From an uncultured Nitrospira sp. (GTDB taxonomy: Bacteria > Nitrospirota > Nitrospiria > Nitrospirales > Nitrospiraceae): a stretch of DNA of 64,000 nucleotides. The position numbers and the translations under genes were made by a program. The stretch lies in assembly GCA_964485915.1 (NCBI GenBank), contig CAZAKX010000001.1, positions 1,214 to 65,213 on the forward strand. The letters run 5' to 3'. Position 1 is the stretch's first letter. The number at the start of each line of letters is the position of its first letter. The notes below the pieces were generated by a model that worked only from the letters and a program-made list of their open reading frames with translations, searched no databases and was not told the DNA's origin. Shown here in pieces: positions 53,420 through 64,000 of the stretch.

Positions 53420-54643
53420 GTGGCCCTAATCGTTCAAAAATACGGCGGAACTTCGGTTGGTACCATTGAGCGAATACATCGAGTTGCCGACCGTGTGGCG
53501 CAGGCTCAGCGAGATGGAAATAGCATCGTGGTCGTGCTCTCCGCAATGAGCGGTGAAACGGACCGGCTGATCAAACTCGCTCACGAGGTGACAGCTGCTC
53601 CCGATGAACGCGAACTGGACATGCTGCTCTCGACGGGAGAACGCGTCACCATCGCATTGCTGGCGATGGAGTTGCGGGGGCGTGGCATCAATGCGCGGTC
53701 GTTTACGGGTCGACAGGTCGGCATCATGACCGATAGTGCGCACACCAAGGCGCGAATCGCGCGCGTCATGGCGGATCGTATCAAGGACGCGCTGAAGCAG
53801 GGAGTCATTCCGATCGTCGCCGGCTTTCAAGGTATCAACGAACAGTCCGATGTGACAACGCTCGGTCGCGGGGGGTCCGACCTTTCCGCGGTCGCATTGG
53901 CGGCAGCCCTGAAGGCCGATCGGTGCATCATTTTTACCGATGTTGATGGTGTCTATACCGCAGATCCGAACATTGTTCCGGCGGCAAGGCGGATCGATCG
54001 GATCGCCTATGAGGAGATGCTTGAAATGGCCAGCCTCGGCGCGAAAGTGCTCCAAACCAGGTCGGTCGAGTTCGCGGCCAAGTTCAATGTCCCTGTGGAA
54101 GTGAATTCCAGCTTCACGGAAGGAAAGGGAACGCTCGTGACGAAGGAAGATAAGGATATGGAAGCAGCGGCCATCGCTGGTGTGACCGGGGATCGCAATC
54201 AGGCAAAGGTCACGATCATTGGGGTGCCGGATAAACCTGGGATTGCCGCCAGAATTTTTGGACCTGTGGCAGAGGCCAATATCAATGTGGATATGATCAT
54301 TCAAAACATCGGCCAAGCCACCATGACGGATCTCTCGTTTACCATCCCGCGTGCCGATCTAAAAAAGGCTGAGCCGCTCATTCAAGGGGTGGCGAAGGCC
54401 ATTGAGGCAAAGTCCGTGTCGATCACTGAAGCTATTGCCAAAGTGTCATTGATCGGCGTCGGCATGCGGTCGCATTCCGGCGTGGCGGCTAAAATGTTTG
54501 AGGTGCTCTCCCGCGAGGGCATCAACATCATGATGATCAGTACCTCCGAGATCAAAATCTCCTGCGTCATCGATGAGAAATATCTCGAATTGGCCATGCG
54601 GTCTCTCCATACTGCCTTCGATCTGGATCAAGCGCATTCCTAA
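53420..54643 (+). CDS. lysC: Aspartate kinase
   Basis: [18 protein letters not shown] and DVDGVY motifs; two ACT domains. Confidence 0.97.
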   Translation: MALIVQKYGGTSVGTIERIHRVADRVAQAQRDGNSIVVVLSAMSGETDRLIKLAHEVTAAPDERELDMLLSTGERVTIALLAMELRGRGINARSFTGRQVGIMTDSAHTKARIARVMADRIKDALKQGVIPIVAGFQGINEQSDVTTLGRGGSDLSAVALAAALKADRCIIFTDVDGVYTADPNIVPAARRIDRIAYEEMLEMASLGAKVLQTRSVEFAAKFNVPVEVNSSFTEGKGTLVTKEDKDMEAAAIAGVTGDRNQAKVTIIGVPDKPGIAARIFGPVAEANINVDMIIQNIGQATMTDLSFTIPRADLKKAEPLIQGVAKAIEAKSVSITEAIAKVSLIGVGMRSHSGVAAKMFEVLSREGINIMMISTSEIKISCVIDEKYLELAMRSLHTAFDLDQAHS

Positions 54644-54826
54644 AACGGTCGGCCAAGGTCTGACGCTTGATCAAACTCATCAAGCCTCTTGACCTCCTGC
54701 TATTCAAAGAGCCTCTTGATATCTGCGTGGCCGGCAATTCATGTCATTTGAGCCCTATTGTTCCCTTTTCCAAAAGCCGGTATCCTTCCGCGCGTCAAGT
54801 CAAGGATCTCTGACGGTAGCATGGTT

Positions 54827-56809
54827 ATGAGCAATGGGGATCTGAACTGGATTGCGAACTTCATCTGGGGGATCGCTGACGATGTGTTGCGCGATCTCTA
54901 TGTGCGAGGGAAATATCGGGATGTGATCCTGCCGATGACGGTCTTGCGCCGCCTTGACGCGTTGTTAGAACCGACGAAGCAAGCGGTCCTCGACATGAAG
55001 ATCTCGCTCAATAAAGCGAAGATCGTCCATCAGGATCAGGCGCTCAGGCAGGCCGCAGGCCAAGCCTTCTACAACACGTCCAAGTTCACGCTTCGGGATC
55101 TCAAAGCACGATCGAGCCAGCAGCAACTCAAAGCCGACTTCGAAGCCTACCTCGATGGGTTCTCACCGAACGTCCAGGATATCTTAGAGAAGTTCGAGTT
55201 CCGCAATCAGATCCCGCGCCTCTCCAAATCAGACACCCTCGGTACCCTGATTAATAAGTTTCTCTCACCGGATATCAACCTGAGTCCCAATCCTGTCAAG
55301 AACAACGACGGTTCGGTGAAACATCCAGGCCTCGACAATCACGCGATGGGGACCATCTTCGAAGAGCTGGTCAGGCGGTTTAATGAAGAGAATAACGAAG
55401 AAGCTGGCGAGCACTGGACCCCACGTGACGCAGTGAAGCTGATGGCCAAGTTGATCTTCCTACCGATCGCCGATCAGATTCAGTCCGGCACGTACCTCCT
55501 CTATGACGGAGCCTGCGGGACGGGCGGTATGCTGACCGTTGCCGAGGAGACTCTCCAGGAACTTGCAGCCGCACAGAAGAAGAAGGTGGCCACCCACCTC
55601 TATGGACAAGAGATCAACGCGGAGACATACGCAATCGCGAAGGCCGATCTCCTGCTGAAAGGGGAAGGCGAAGCGGCGGACAACATTGTTGGTGGGCCGG
55701 AGCATTCGACGCTCTCCAACGACGCCTTTCCCTCCCGTGAGTTCGACTTCATGCTGTCCAACCCGCCGTACGGCAAAAGCTGGAAGAGCGACCTTGATCG
55801 GCTGGGCGGGAAGGAAGGTATCAAAGACCCCCGCTTTGTGATTCAGCATGCCGGCGAGGCTGAATATTCTCTGGTCACACGGTCGAGCGATGGTCAGATG
55901 CTGTTCCTGGCCAACATGCTCTCGAAGATGAAGCACAAGACCAAGCTCGGCAGCCGGATTGCCGAAGTTCACAATGGCTCATCGCTCTTCACCGGAGACG
56001 CCGGCCAGGGCGAGAGCAACATTCGCCGTTGGATCATTGAGAACGATTGGTTGGAAGCCATCGTCGCCTTGCCGCTGAACATGTTCTACAACACCGGCAT
56101 CGCCACCTATATTTGGGTGCTGACGAATCGCAAGCCCGCGCATCGTCAGGGCAAGGTGCAACTCATCGATGCTACCCAATGGTTCAAGCCGCTACGTAAG
56201 AATCTCGGCAAAAAGAACTGCGAGCTGTCGGACGGCGACATCACGCGGATCTGCGATACCTTCATCGATTTCAAAGAGTCCGAGCAATCGAAGATATTTC
56301 CCAATCAGGCGTTCGGCTATTGGAAGGTGACAGTTGAACGGCCGCTGAGGTTGCAGGGAATTGATCCCAACCGTGTGTGCACACCGAAAGAGATCAAGGG
56401 GCTGAGGGAATCAAGCCTCCGTGACGAAAACGCGCCACCGATTATCAAGAAGATTCATAAGAAGGGTGCTAAGCCTGATCTATTGCGCGGGCTCTTCGAG
56501 GTCAAACTCGATGGAAAGCCAGGCGTGGTTGAGTACGAGCCGGATACTGAGCTTCGCGATACTGAGCAGATCCCGCTGCTGGAGGAAGGTGGTATTGAAG
56601 CTTTTATCCGACGAGAAGTCCTCCCTCATGTGCCAGACGCCTGGTATGACCCTGAAAGCGTAAAGACCGGCTATGAGATCAGCTTCACTCGCTACTTCTA
56701 CAAGCCTCAGCCGCTCCGCACGCTGGAGGAGATTCGCTCCGACATCCTAGCGCTAGAGAAGGAGGCCGAGGGGCTGCTGGGCGAGATCATCAGGAGTGAT
56801 CGCAGATGA
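54827..56809 (+). CDS. hsdM: Type I R-M methyltransferase subunit
   Basis: IW.IAD.LR, GEH.TPR, DGACGTGG (motif I), YGQE and NPPY (motif IV). Confidence 0.96.
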   Translation: MSNGDLNWIANFIWGIADDVLRDLYVRGKYRDVILPMTVLRRLDALLEPTKQAVLDMKISLNKAKIVHQDQALRQAAGQAFYNTSKFTLRDLKARSSQQQLKADFEAYLDGFSPNVQDILEKFEFRNQIPRLSKSDTLGTLINKFLSPDINLSPNPVKNNDGSVKHPGLDNHAMGTIFEELVRRFNEENNEEAGEHWTPRDAVKLMAKLIFLPIADQIQSGTYLLYDGACGTGGMLTVAEETLQELAAAQKKKVATHLYGQEINAETYAIAKADLLLKGEGEAADNIVGGPEHSTLSNDAFPSREFDFMLSNPPYGKSWKSDLDRLGGKEGIKDPRFVIQHAGEAEYSLVTRSSDGQMLFLANMLSKMKHKTKLGSRIAEVHNGSSLFTGDAGQGESNIRRWIIENDWLEAIVALPLNMFYNTGIATYIWVLTNRKPAHRQGKVQLIDATQWFKPLRKNLGKKNCELSDGDITRICDTFIDFKESEQSKIFPNQAFGYWKVTVERPLRLQGIDPNRVCTPKEIKGLRESSLRDENAPPIIKKIHKKGAKPDLLRGLFEVKLDGKPGVVEYEPDTELRDTEQIPLLEEGGIEAFIRREVLPHVPDAWYDPESVKTGYEISFTRYFYKPQPLRTLEEIRSDILALEKEAEGLLGEIIRSDRR

Positions 56810-58248
56810 CCGCCAACCTTAAACCCTATCTGGGCTACAAAAACTCTGGCGTGCCGTGGTTGGGGAAGGTGCCGGAACAATGGGAGATTTTGCCAGCTCT
56901 GGCAACCTACAAGCCGAAGCTGGTGAAAAATGCCGGCATGATTGAGAAGACGGTCCTCTCTCTTAGCTACGGCCGCATCATCGTGAAACCACCGGAGAAG
57001 CTCCGCTGGCTGGTTCCCGAGTCGTTCGAGACGTACCAGATAATTGAGCCGGGAAACATCATCGTTCGTACCACCGACCTACAGAACGATCGCACCAGCC
57101 TTCGGATAGGACATTCTCGGAATCGCGGGATTATCACTTCAGCTTACTTGTGCCTGGAAACCACGGATCGAGTCTTGAACGAGTTCGGCCATCAATTCCT
57201 AAACGCCTATGACTTACTCAAGATCATTTATGGTTTTGGTTCAGGGCTTCGCCAGAATCTGGACTTTGTGGACATCAAGCGCATGCCGGTTTTGGTACCG
57301 TCGAAGAACGAACAATCCGCCATCGTCCGTTTTCTCCACCACGCCGATCGGCAGATCAGGCGCTACATCCATGCCAAGCAGAAGCTGATCAAGCTGCTGG
57401 AGGAACAGAAGCAGGCCATCATTCACCGCGCTGTTACCCGTGGTCTCGATCCCAACGTCCCCCTCAAGCCCTCCGGCGTCGAATGGCCCGGCGATGTGCC
57501 GGAGCATTGGGGAGTGAGGAAGCTTGGACAGATCGCGGTCTCGTTCCGGACCGGTCCTTTTGGCAGCATTCTGCACCAGTCCGACTACGTTGAGGGAGGC
57601 ACGCCAGTAATAAATCCGACGCACATGACCCGGGGAAGGATCGTCGAGGACATACACTGTAGTGTATCGCCCCCTGTGACAGACCGACTGCTCAATTACC
57701 GTTTGGAACTACATGATCTCATCTTTTCGAGGCGGGGCGAGCTAGGTCGGTGTGCCCTTGTGAGAGATCGCGAAATTGGATGGCTCTGCGGTACTGGTAG
57801 CATCCGAGTTCGTGTCGATTACAAGGACATTGAGCCTGAATATCTCATCAAGTTGCTGCAGGTCCGATGGGTCGGCGAGTACCTCTCACTCTTCTCTGTT
57901 GGTGCAACAATGGACAGCCTTAACACCGGCATCCTCAAGGGAGTCCCATTGCTTGTGCCACCTATCACCGAACAGCGTGCAATTCTAGCGTGCATCGCCG
58001 AAGAAGGCCCCTCCATTGACAGAGCAGTAGCCGATACCTACCGAGAAATTGAACTCCTACGCGAATACCGCACACGCCTGATCGCCGACGTGGTCACGGG
58101 CAAGCTTGATGTGCGAGAGGCTGCGGCCAAGCTGCCGGAAGAGGCTGATCAACCTGAACCGCTCGATGATGCGGAAACTCTTGCCGAGGCAGACGAGGCC
58201 ACTGAAGAGGCAGATCTGGACGCGGTGACCGAGGAGGCCGAAGCGTGA
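56806..58248 (+). CDS. hsdS: Type I R-M specificity subunit
   Basis: Two SGV.W.G.VP..W repeats, two P...EQ..I segments and AVT.G/VTGK.DV. Confidence 0.95.
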   Translation: MTANLKPYLGYKNSGVPWLGKVPEQWEILPALATYKPKLVKNAGMIEKTVLSLSYGRIIVKPPEKLRWLVPESFETYQIIEPGNIIVRTTDLQNDRTSLRIGHSRNRGIITSAYLCLETTDRVLNEFGHQFLNAYDLLKIIYGFGSGLRQNLDFVDIKRMPVLVPSKNEQSAIVRFLHHADRQIRRYIHAKQKLIKLLEEQKQAIIHRAVTRGLDPNVPLKPSGVEWPGDVPEHWGVRKLGQIAVSFRTGPFGSILHQSDYVEGGTPVINPTHMTRGRIVEDIHCSVSPPVTDRLLNYRLELHDLIFSRRGELGRCALVRDREIGWLCGTGSIRVRVDYKDIEPEYLIKLLQVRWVGEYLSLFSVGATMDSLNTGILKGVPLLVPPITEQRAILACIAEEGPSIDRAVADTYREIELLREYRTRLIADVVTGKLDVREAAAKLPEEADQPEPLDDAETLAEADEATEEADLDAVTEEAEA

Positions 58249-59741
58249 GCGCTGATCGGACCAATGACCATCTCGTTGCAATGGTACGCGAGTTAATCAT
58301 GCTACCTCAGGAAACCGAGTGGGTCGAGTTCAAGGTGAACAACGCGAACCCCGTTGAGATCGGCGAATACATCTCTGCGCTGGCGAACTCGGCTACTCTG
58401 CTCGAAAAGCCCAGAGCCTATGTCTTATGGGGTGTCGAGGATGCGACCAGGAAAGTCGTTGGCACTTCCTTTAGGCCTACGACAGTCAAGCAGGGGAATG
58501 AGGATTTGGAGCACTGGCTTACGCGTCTGCTGCAGCCGCAAGTTCCCTTCCGATTTCATATGTCTGAGGTCGATAACAGACGTGTCGTACTTTTGGAGAT
58601 CGACAGCGCGCTGCATCAGCCTATTCGGTTTAACGGTGAGGAGTATATCCGGGTCGGCTCGTATACAAAGAAGCTCAAGGACCATCCCGAGAAGGAGCGC
58701 GCTCTCTGGGGGCGCTTCACGGCAATCGCCTTTGAGGATGGACTGGCTACGCAGCGATTAAGTGGCGACGAGGTTCTTCAGCTGCTGGCGTTCCCGTCGT
58801 ACTTCGACCTTCTCCAGGTTCCGCTCCCACCTACCCAACCTGGTATCCTCGCTGCATTAGAATCTGATGGCCTCGTTCAGCGATTCCAGGGTGGAATGTG
58901 GAACATCACACACCTCGGAGCTATCCTGTTCGCCAAGGACCTTTCGAGGTTCGATGGCCTTCGGCGGAAGATTGTGCGTGTCGTCCAGTATGCCGGGAAG
59001 GGGCGCATCCTCACGACGAAGGAGCGATCGTTTTCGCCCGGCTATGCCGTGGGCTTCGAGTCGCTCATTCAAAGTGTGATTGCGGTGCTTCCGACGAATG
59101 AGGTGATCGAGCAGGCGCTGCGCAAGACTGCGCCGATGTTTCCCCCGCTTGTCATACGAGAAGTGGTCGCGAACGCGCTCATCCATCAGGACTTCTCCAT
59201 CACAGGTGCTGGGCCGATGGTCGAGGTATTTGACGATCGCGTGGAGATCACAAACCCCGGTCGGCCGTTAGTTCCTACCGATCGCCTGCTCGATCAGCCG
59301 CCGCGCTCGCGCAATGAGAAGCTTGCCTCGCTCATGCGACGGTTCGGTATCTGTGAAGAGCGCGGCAGCGGCATCGACAAGGTCGTGTTTCAGATTGAGC
59401 TATTCCAACTCCCTGCACCCCTGTTCGAGGTTCCAGGCGACTCCATGCGTGTCGTGCTCTTCGGACATCGCACATTGAAGGACATGGAGAAGGCGGATCG
59501 TATACGGGCGTGCTATCTGCATGCGTGCCTGCGCTATGTGACCCATGAGTCCATGACCAACACCTCACTCCGTGAGCGTTTTGGGATCGGCGAGAAGAAC
59601 GCGGCGCTGGCCTCCCGCCTGCTTAATGAGGCAGTCGAGGCCAGGGTGATTCTGGTACGCGATCCCGAGGCTGGGACACGGAATCGGACCTATTTACCTT
59701 TCTGGGTAGCAGCGAACACAGCGAAGGAAGGGATTGCTTGA
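58245..59741 (+). CDS. AlbA_2 (Schlafen-like) + HATPase_c_4-type + C-terminal HTH protein
   Basis: ETEWVEFK, ISALAN, WGV.D, RE...NAL.H.D, DRVEITNPG, RN..LA and E.RGSG motifs. Confidence 0.85.
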   Translation: MSADRTNDHLVAMVRELIMLPQETEWVEFKVNNANPVEIGEYISALANSATLLEKPRAYVLWGVEDATRKVVGTSFRPTTVKQGNEDLEHWLTRLLQPQVPFRFHMSEVDNRRVVLLEIDSALHQPIRFNGEEYIRVGSYTKKLKDHPEKERALWGRFTAIAFEDGLATQRLSGDEVLQLLAFPSYFDLLQVPLPPTQPGILAALESDGLVQRFQGGMWNITHLGAILFAKDLSRFDGLRRKIVRVVQYAGKGRILTTKERSFSPGYAVGFESLIQSVIAVLPTNEVIEQALRKTAPMFPPLVIREVVANALIHQDFSITGAGPMVEVFDDRVEITNPGRPLVPTDRLLDQPPRSRNEKLASLMRRFGICEERGSGIDKVVFQIELFQLPAPLFEVPGDSMRVVLFGHRTLKDMEKADRIRACYLHACLRYVTHESMTNTSLRERFGIGEKNAALASRLLNEAVEARVILVRDPEAGTRNRTYLPFWVAANTAKEGIA

Positions 59742-59930
59742 TGCTTTGCCTCCCTCTAGCTAGGTTCAGAGACATCGTTCTTCATAACGTATTGATATAA
59801 CGTGATATGTGTTTCCCCAGCATTGCTTGATGGTTGCTTGATTAGAACGGCCATTGATAAACGAAACGGAAGGTCTGCTCCTTTGAAATCAATAGGTAAG
59901 AGAGTCCCTGGTACTTGGTGGCTGCTTGAT
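59735..59930 (+). repeat. TGCTTGAT direct repeats interleaved with IHF-like sites
   Basis: Copies at 59735, 59824, 59835 and 59923, plus TACTTGGT at 59912. A WATCAANNNNTTR match lies at 59785-59797 on the minus strand. Confidence 0.6.
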
Positions 59931-59942
59931 TAGGGGTTCCTT

Positions 59943-62900
59943 GTGAGCACTGACACCAGCGAACGGGGCCTTGAAAACCTCATCGTCGAGGCCATGACCG
60001 GGCATCCGTATGTGGAGAAGCCTCCTCCCGGGAAAGGCATCAGTCTTGTTCGGCCTCATTACGGTGGAACCGTTTGGCTTCTTGGGCAGGCTGAGGACTA
60101 CGATCGCGAATTCTGCGTCGATCTTCCACAACTTCGAACCTTTCTGAGCGAGACCCAGCAGAAGATCGCTGAGGTGCTCAATCTCGACCATGACAGTCCT
60201 ACGCGGCGAAAGTTATTAGCTCGGCTGCAAGGTGAGATTTCCAAGCGCGGCACCATCGACGTGCTTCGCCATGGCGTGAAGGATGGGCCGAACCATATCG
60301 ACTTGTTCTTCGGTACGCCCTCGGAGGGCAACGAGAAGGCCCAGGCTCTCCATGCGGCGAACCGTTTTGTGGTGACGCGACAATTGCGGTATAGCCGCGA
60401 CGAAACCTAGCGGGCGTTAGACCTCGGTCTCTTCATCAACGGGCTCCCTATCGCCACGTTCGAGCTGAAAAACAGTCTGACCAAGCAAACGGTGGAAGAT
60501 GCCGTAGAACAGTATAAGCGTGATCGTGATCCCCGCGAAAAACTCTTCGAGTTTGGCCGTTGCGCGGTGCACTTCGCCTTGGACGATCATGAGGTACGTT
60601 TCTGCACGCACCTCAAGGGGAAAGGCTCGTGGTTCCTGCCTTTTAATCTGGGTTGGAATGACGGGGCGGGCAATCCGCCCAACCCACACGGGATCAAGAC
60701 CGACTACCTGTGGCGGAAGATCCTCACCCGAGACGGGCTGACCGACATTCTTGAGAACTATGCGCAGATCGTGGAGGAGAAAAACGAGAGAACTGGCCGA
60801 CCTAAGAAGGTGCAGATCTGGCCACGGTTTCACCAGCTCGACATGGTACGCAAACTACTTGTCGATGCGAGACAGCATGGTGCGGGGCGACGGTATCTAA
60901 TTCAACATTCAGCCGGCAGCGGCAAATCCAATTCCATCGCCTGGCTGGGCCATCAGCTCATCGGACTGAGCAAAGATGACGCGATGGTGTTTGAGTCGAT
61001 CATCGTTGTGACCGACCGGAAGATCCTCGATAAACAGATTCGGGACACAATCAGACAGTTTGCTCAGGTAGGTGCAACTATCGGACACGCCGAACACTCT
61101 GGAGATCTGCGCAAGTTCATCGCCGAGGGAAAGAAGATCATCATTACCACGGTACAGAAGTTTCCCTTCATCTTGGACGAAATCGGGAGTGAGCAGCGGG
61201 GGAAAAACTTCGCGATCATCATCGACGAGGCCCATTCGAGCCAGGGCGGGCGCACCTCGGCCGCGATCAGCATGGCGCTTTCGACCTCCGGGGCTGAAGA
61301 GGACGACGAGACGACGGAGGACAAGATCAACCGAATCATGGAGGCCAAGAAGCTCCTGCCGAACGCGAGCTACTTTGCCTTTACCGCGACGCCCAAGAAC
61401 AAAACGCTGGAGATCTTCGGCGAGGCGCTGCCGTCAGATGCCGAGGGGAAGGTGCGGCACCGACCTTTCCACAGCTATACGATGAAGCAGGCGATCCAGG
61501 AAGGCTTTATCCTGGATGTGCTCAAGCATTACACGTCGGTTGAGAGTTACTACAAGCTCGTGAAGAAGGTCGAAGGCGATCCGGAGTTCGATACGAAGCG
61601 GGCGAAGAAGAAGCTCCGTCGTTATGTGGAAAGCCACGATCACGCCATCCGGTTGAAGGCTGAGATCATGGTGGACCATTTTCATGAACAAGTGCTGGCG
61701 CTGAACAAGATCGGCGGGCAGGCCAGGGCCATGGTAGTGACGAGTGGCGTCGAGCGCGCCATCCAGTATTTCCATGCCTTCCGTGACTATCTGGTCGAAC
61801 GCAAGAGCCCACACCAGCCCATTGTCGCCTTCTCGGGCGAGCATGAGTACGGTGGCGCAAAAGTCACCGAAGCCTCGCTGAACGGCTTTCCATCGAGCCA
61901 GATCGCGGACAAGATTCAGGAGGACCCCTACCGCTTTCTGATTTGTGCCGACAAGTTCCAGACCGGGTACGACGAGCCCTTGTTGCATACGATGTACGTG
62001 GACAAGGTCCTCTCCGGCATCAAAGCGGTGCAAACTCTCTCACGCCTCAACCGTGCCCATCCGCAAAAGCATGATGTGTTCGTGCTCGACTTCATGAACG
62101 ACAGCGACACGATCCAAGAAGCGTTTGCCGACTATTACCGCACGACGGTCCTTGCTGAAGAGACCGACCCCAATAAGCTCCACGACTTGAAGGCAGCGCT
62201 CGACGGCTATCAAGTCTATGCCCCTGCTCAGATCGAACAACTTGTGGGACTGTATCTTGGAGGGGCCGACCGTGACAAGCTCGACCCTATCCTGGACGCT
62301 TGTGTTGCCGTCTACAAACAACAACTCAATGAGGATGGACAGGTAGACTTCAAGGGAAAAGCCAAGACGTTCCTACGTGCCTATGGTTTCCTCTCTTCGA
62401 TTCTTCCGTACACCAATGCTGAGTGGGAAAGGCTGTCGATCTTCCTCACTTTCCTTGTGCCCAAGCTGCCGGCGCCAATGGAAGAGGATTTGTCAAAAGG
62501 CATTGTGGACTCAATCGACATGGACAGTTATCGCGTTGAGAAGAAAGCCGCGATGAAGATTCAATTGCCTGATGAGGATGCAGCGATTGAACCCGTCCCC
62601 ATGACCGGCGGAGGGAGTAAGGCTGAGCCAGAACTTGACCGGCTTTCCAATATTCTGAAGATGTTTAACGACCAATTTGGCAACATTCCGTGGACCGATG
62701 CCGATCGTGGGCACAAGCTCATTACCGAGGATATCCCAAGCCGCGTGGCGGCTGATACTGCCTACCAAAATGCGAAGCAGAACTCGGATAAGCAGAATGC
62801 TCGTATCGAACACGACAAGGCACTAGCTAGGGTGATGACCGCCGTCTTGAAGGATGACACGGAGTTGTTCAAGCAGTTCATGGACAATGACTCATTCAAG

Positions 62901-62966
62901 CGCTGGCTGACGGATACGGTGTTCAGGATTACGTATGATAGTCGTCCGGGGACATCGCCAGAGTGA
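59943..62966 (+). pseudogene. hsdR: Type I R-M restriction subunit interrupted by one in-frame TAG (60408-60410)
   Basis: The frame continues after TAG as RALDLGLFINGLPIATFELKN..., then HSAGSGKS, DEAHSS, FTATP and KFQTGYD. Confidence 0.9.
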
Positions 62967-63083
62967 GTCCGCTCAAAAGGTTCGGCGAGTACTAGAACTC
63001 ATCGTGTTTAGCTGTGGCGACGAAGTATTGAAGGTGTTCGAAGTTTCCTGACGGACTGTGCGTGATACACCCGAGGAACAGGA

Positions 63084-63674
63084 GTGAATCGGTCTGACAT
63101 TACGGAGCTGCACTACATTGCGCCAATTGATAATGTTCCATCGATTCTGGAACATGGTATCCTCTCAAATCAGCGTGCTTCACCGTTGCCTCACAGGTCC
63201 GTAGCTATGCAAGAAATTCAAGAGAGGCGACAGGATAAACGAATCCCAAACGCACGTCCGCTGCACGAATATGTCAATCTGTACTTCGATGCCCACAACC
63301 CAATGCTCAGCAAGTGCCGAGCCCACAATGATAGTATTTGTGTCCTGAGGGTGAGCCAAAGCGTCATCGACATGCCAGGAGTGATTGTGACGGACAAGAA
63401 TGCAGCAAAGGACTATGTCCGTTTTTATCCTGTCACTGATGGTTTGCAAGCTCTCAATAGGGACTTGGTTTTTGCTCAATTCTGGCTCAACCGAGATGAT
63501 CCTTTTGACGAACAATACCGCCGGGGAGTGAAGTGTGCTGAGGTTCTGGCCCCAGACTCCGTCAGTCCTGATCTCGTCATCGGAGCCTATGTGGCGAACC
63601 AGGGAGCCTTAGCTGCATTTAAGGAATTGAGGACTCGATTGCCGGTGGCGATTAACGGTAGTATGTTCTTCTGA
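63084..63674 (+). CDS. darT: DarT (DUF4433) DNA ADP-ribosyltransferase toxin
   Basis: Y....N..SIL.HG.LS, LH.YV.LYF...NPM, TD.NAA and catalytic AEVL motifs. Confidence 0.88.
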   Translation: MNRSDITELHYIAPIDNVPSILEHGILSNQRASPLPHRSVAMQEIQERRQDKRIPNARPLHEYVNLYFDAHNPMLSKCRAHNDSICVLRVSQSVIDMPGVIVTDKNAAKDYVRFYPVTDGLQALNRDLVFAQFWLNRDDPFDEQYRRGVKCAEVLAPDSVSPDLVIGAYVANQGALAAFKELRTRLPVAINGSMFF

Positions 63675-63684
63675 AAGGTTGAGC

Positions 63685-64000
63685 ATGAGAATTTTAGTTG
63701 GAGACATACTGAATTCGAAAGCGCACACCTTGATCAACACGGTCAATTGCGTGGGGGTCATGGGGAAGGGCATTGCGCTGGAATTCAAGAATCGATTCCC
63801 GGACATGTATGAGGATTACGTCCAGCGATGCCAACGTGGCGAAGTGAAGCCCGGCATTCCTTATCTCTACAAAACGTTGTTCTCACCTCAGATCATCAAT
63901 TTCCCGACGAAGGACCACTGGAAGTCGATCTCCAAAGTCAGTGACATTGAGCGCGGATTAAAGCACCTAGCAGAGCACTACCAAGAATGGGGAATCACTT
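63685..64000 (+). CDS. darG: DarG macrodomain antitoxin (3'-truncated by the window)
   Basis: MRILVGDILNSKAHTLINTVNCVGVMGKGIALEFK...IINFPTKDHW. Confidence 0.9.
   Translation, partial: MRILVGDILNSKAHTLINTVNCVGVMGKGIALEFKNRFPDMYEDYVQRCQRGEVKPGIPYLYKTLFSPQIINFPTKDHWKSISKVSDIERGLKHLAEHYQEWGIT

Noticed and set aside
56806-58248. Phase-variable hsdS (shufflon or simple-sequence repeats)
   Set aside because: There is only one hsdS, with no adjacent recombinase, inverted repeats or tandem-repeat tract. The internal similarity is the normal two-TRD architecture.
60408-60410. Programmed pyrrolysine or stop-codon recoding in hsdR
   Set aside because: There are no pyl genes in the window, and TAG ends many ordinary genes here (e.g. 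msrA, infB, corA). A point mutation is simpler.

Overview
This is a GC-moderate bacterial chromosome segment; gene content and order suggest a Nitrospira-like nitrifier (inference). Both ends are accessory and the middle is mostly core. 1-4.1 kb is a decaying, co-oriented array with integron attC-like sites and no integrase in view. It carries a DUF5343-like/Swt1-HEPN pair, two cupin copies, two toxin-antitoxin pairs and a frameshifted SIR2-like gene. 4.3-30.7 kb holds tldD/tldE, msrA, three cupredoxin-like genes (one frameshifted), an IS3 remnant, and an apparently complete IS110/IS1111-type element whose long non-coding end carries readable target- and donor-matching guides (a candidate bridge RNA). 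It also holds cysQ-like, corA, leuCD and an orphan bcsA/bcsS pair. 30.8-54.6 kb is core: rimP-nusA-infB-rbfA-truB-rpsO-pnp, mutS, tsaE, nnr, pdxJ and alaC-hom-thrC-apgM-lysC. 54.8-64 kb is a defence island: type I R-M (hsdM, hsdS, hsdR broken by one in-frame TAG), an embedded AlbA_2/Schlafen-like gene, a repeat/IHF-rich intergenic region and a DarTG pair running off the window. I saw no rRNA, tRNA or CRISPR array. Family assignments come from motif recognition, not database searches.
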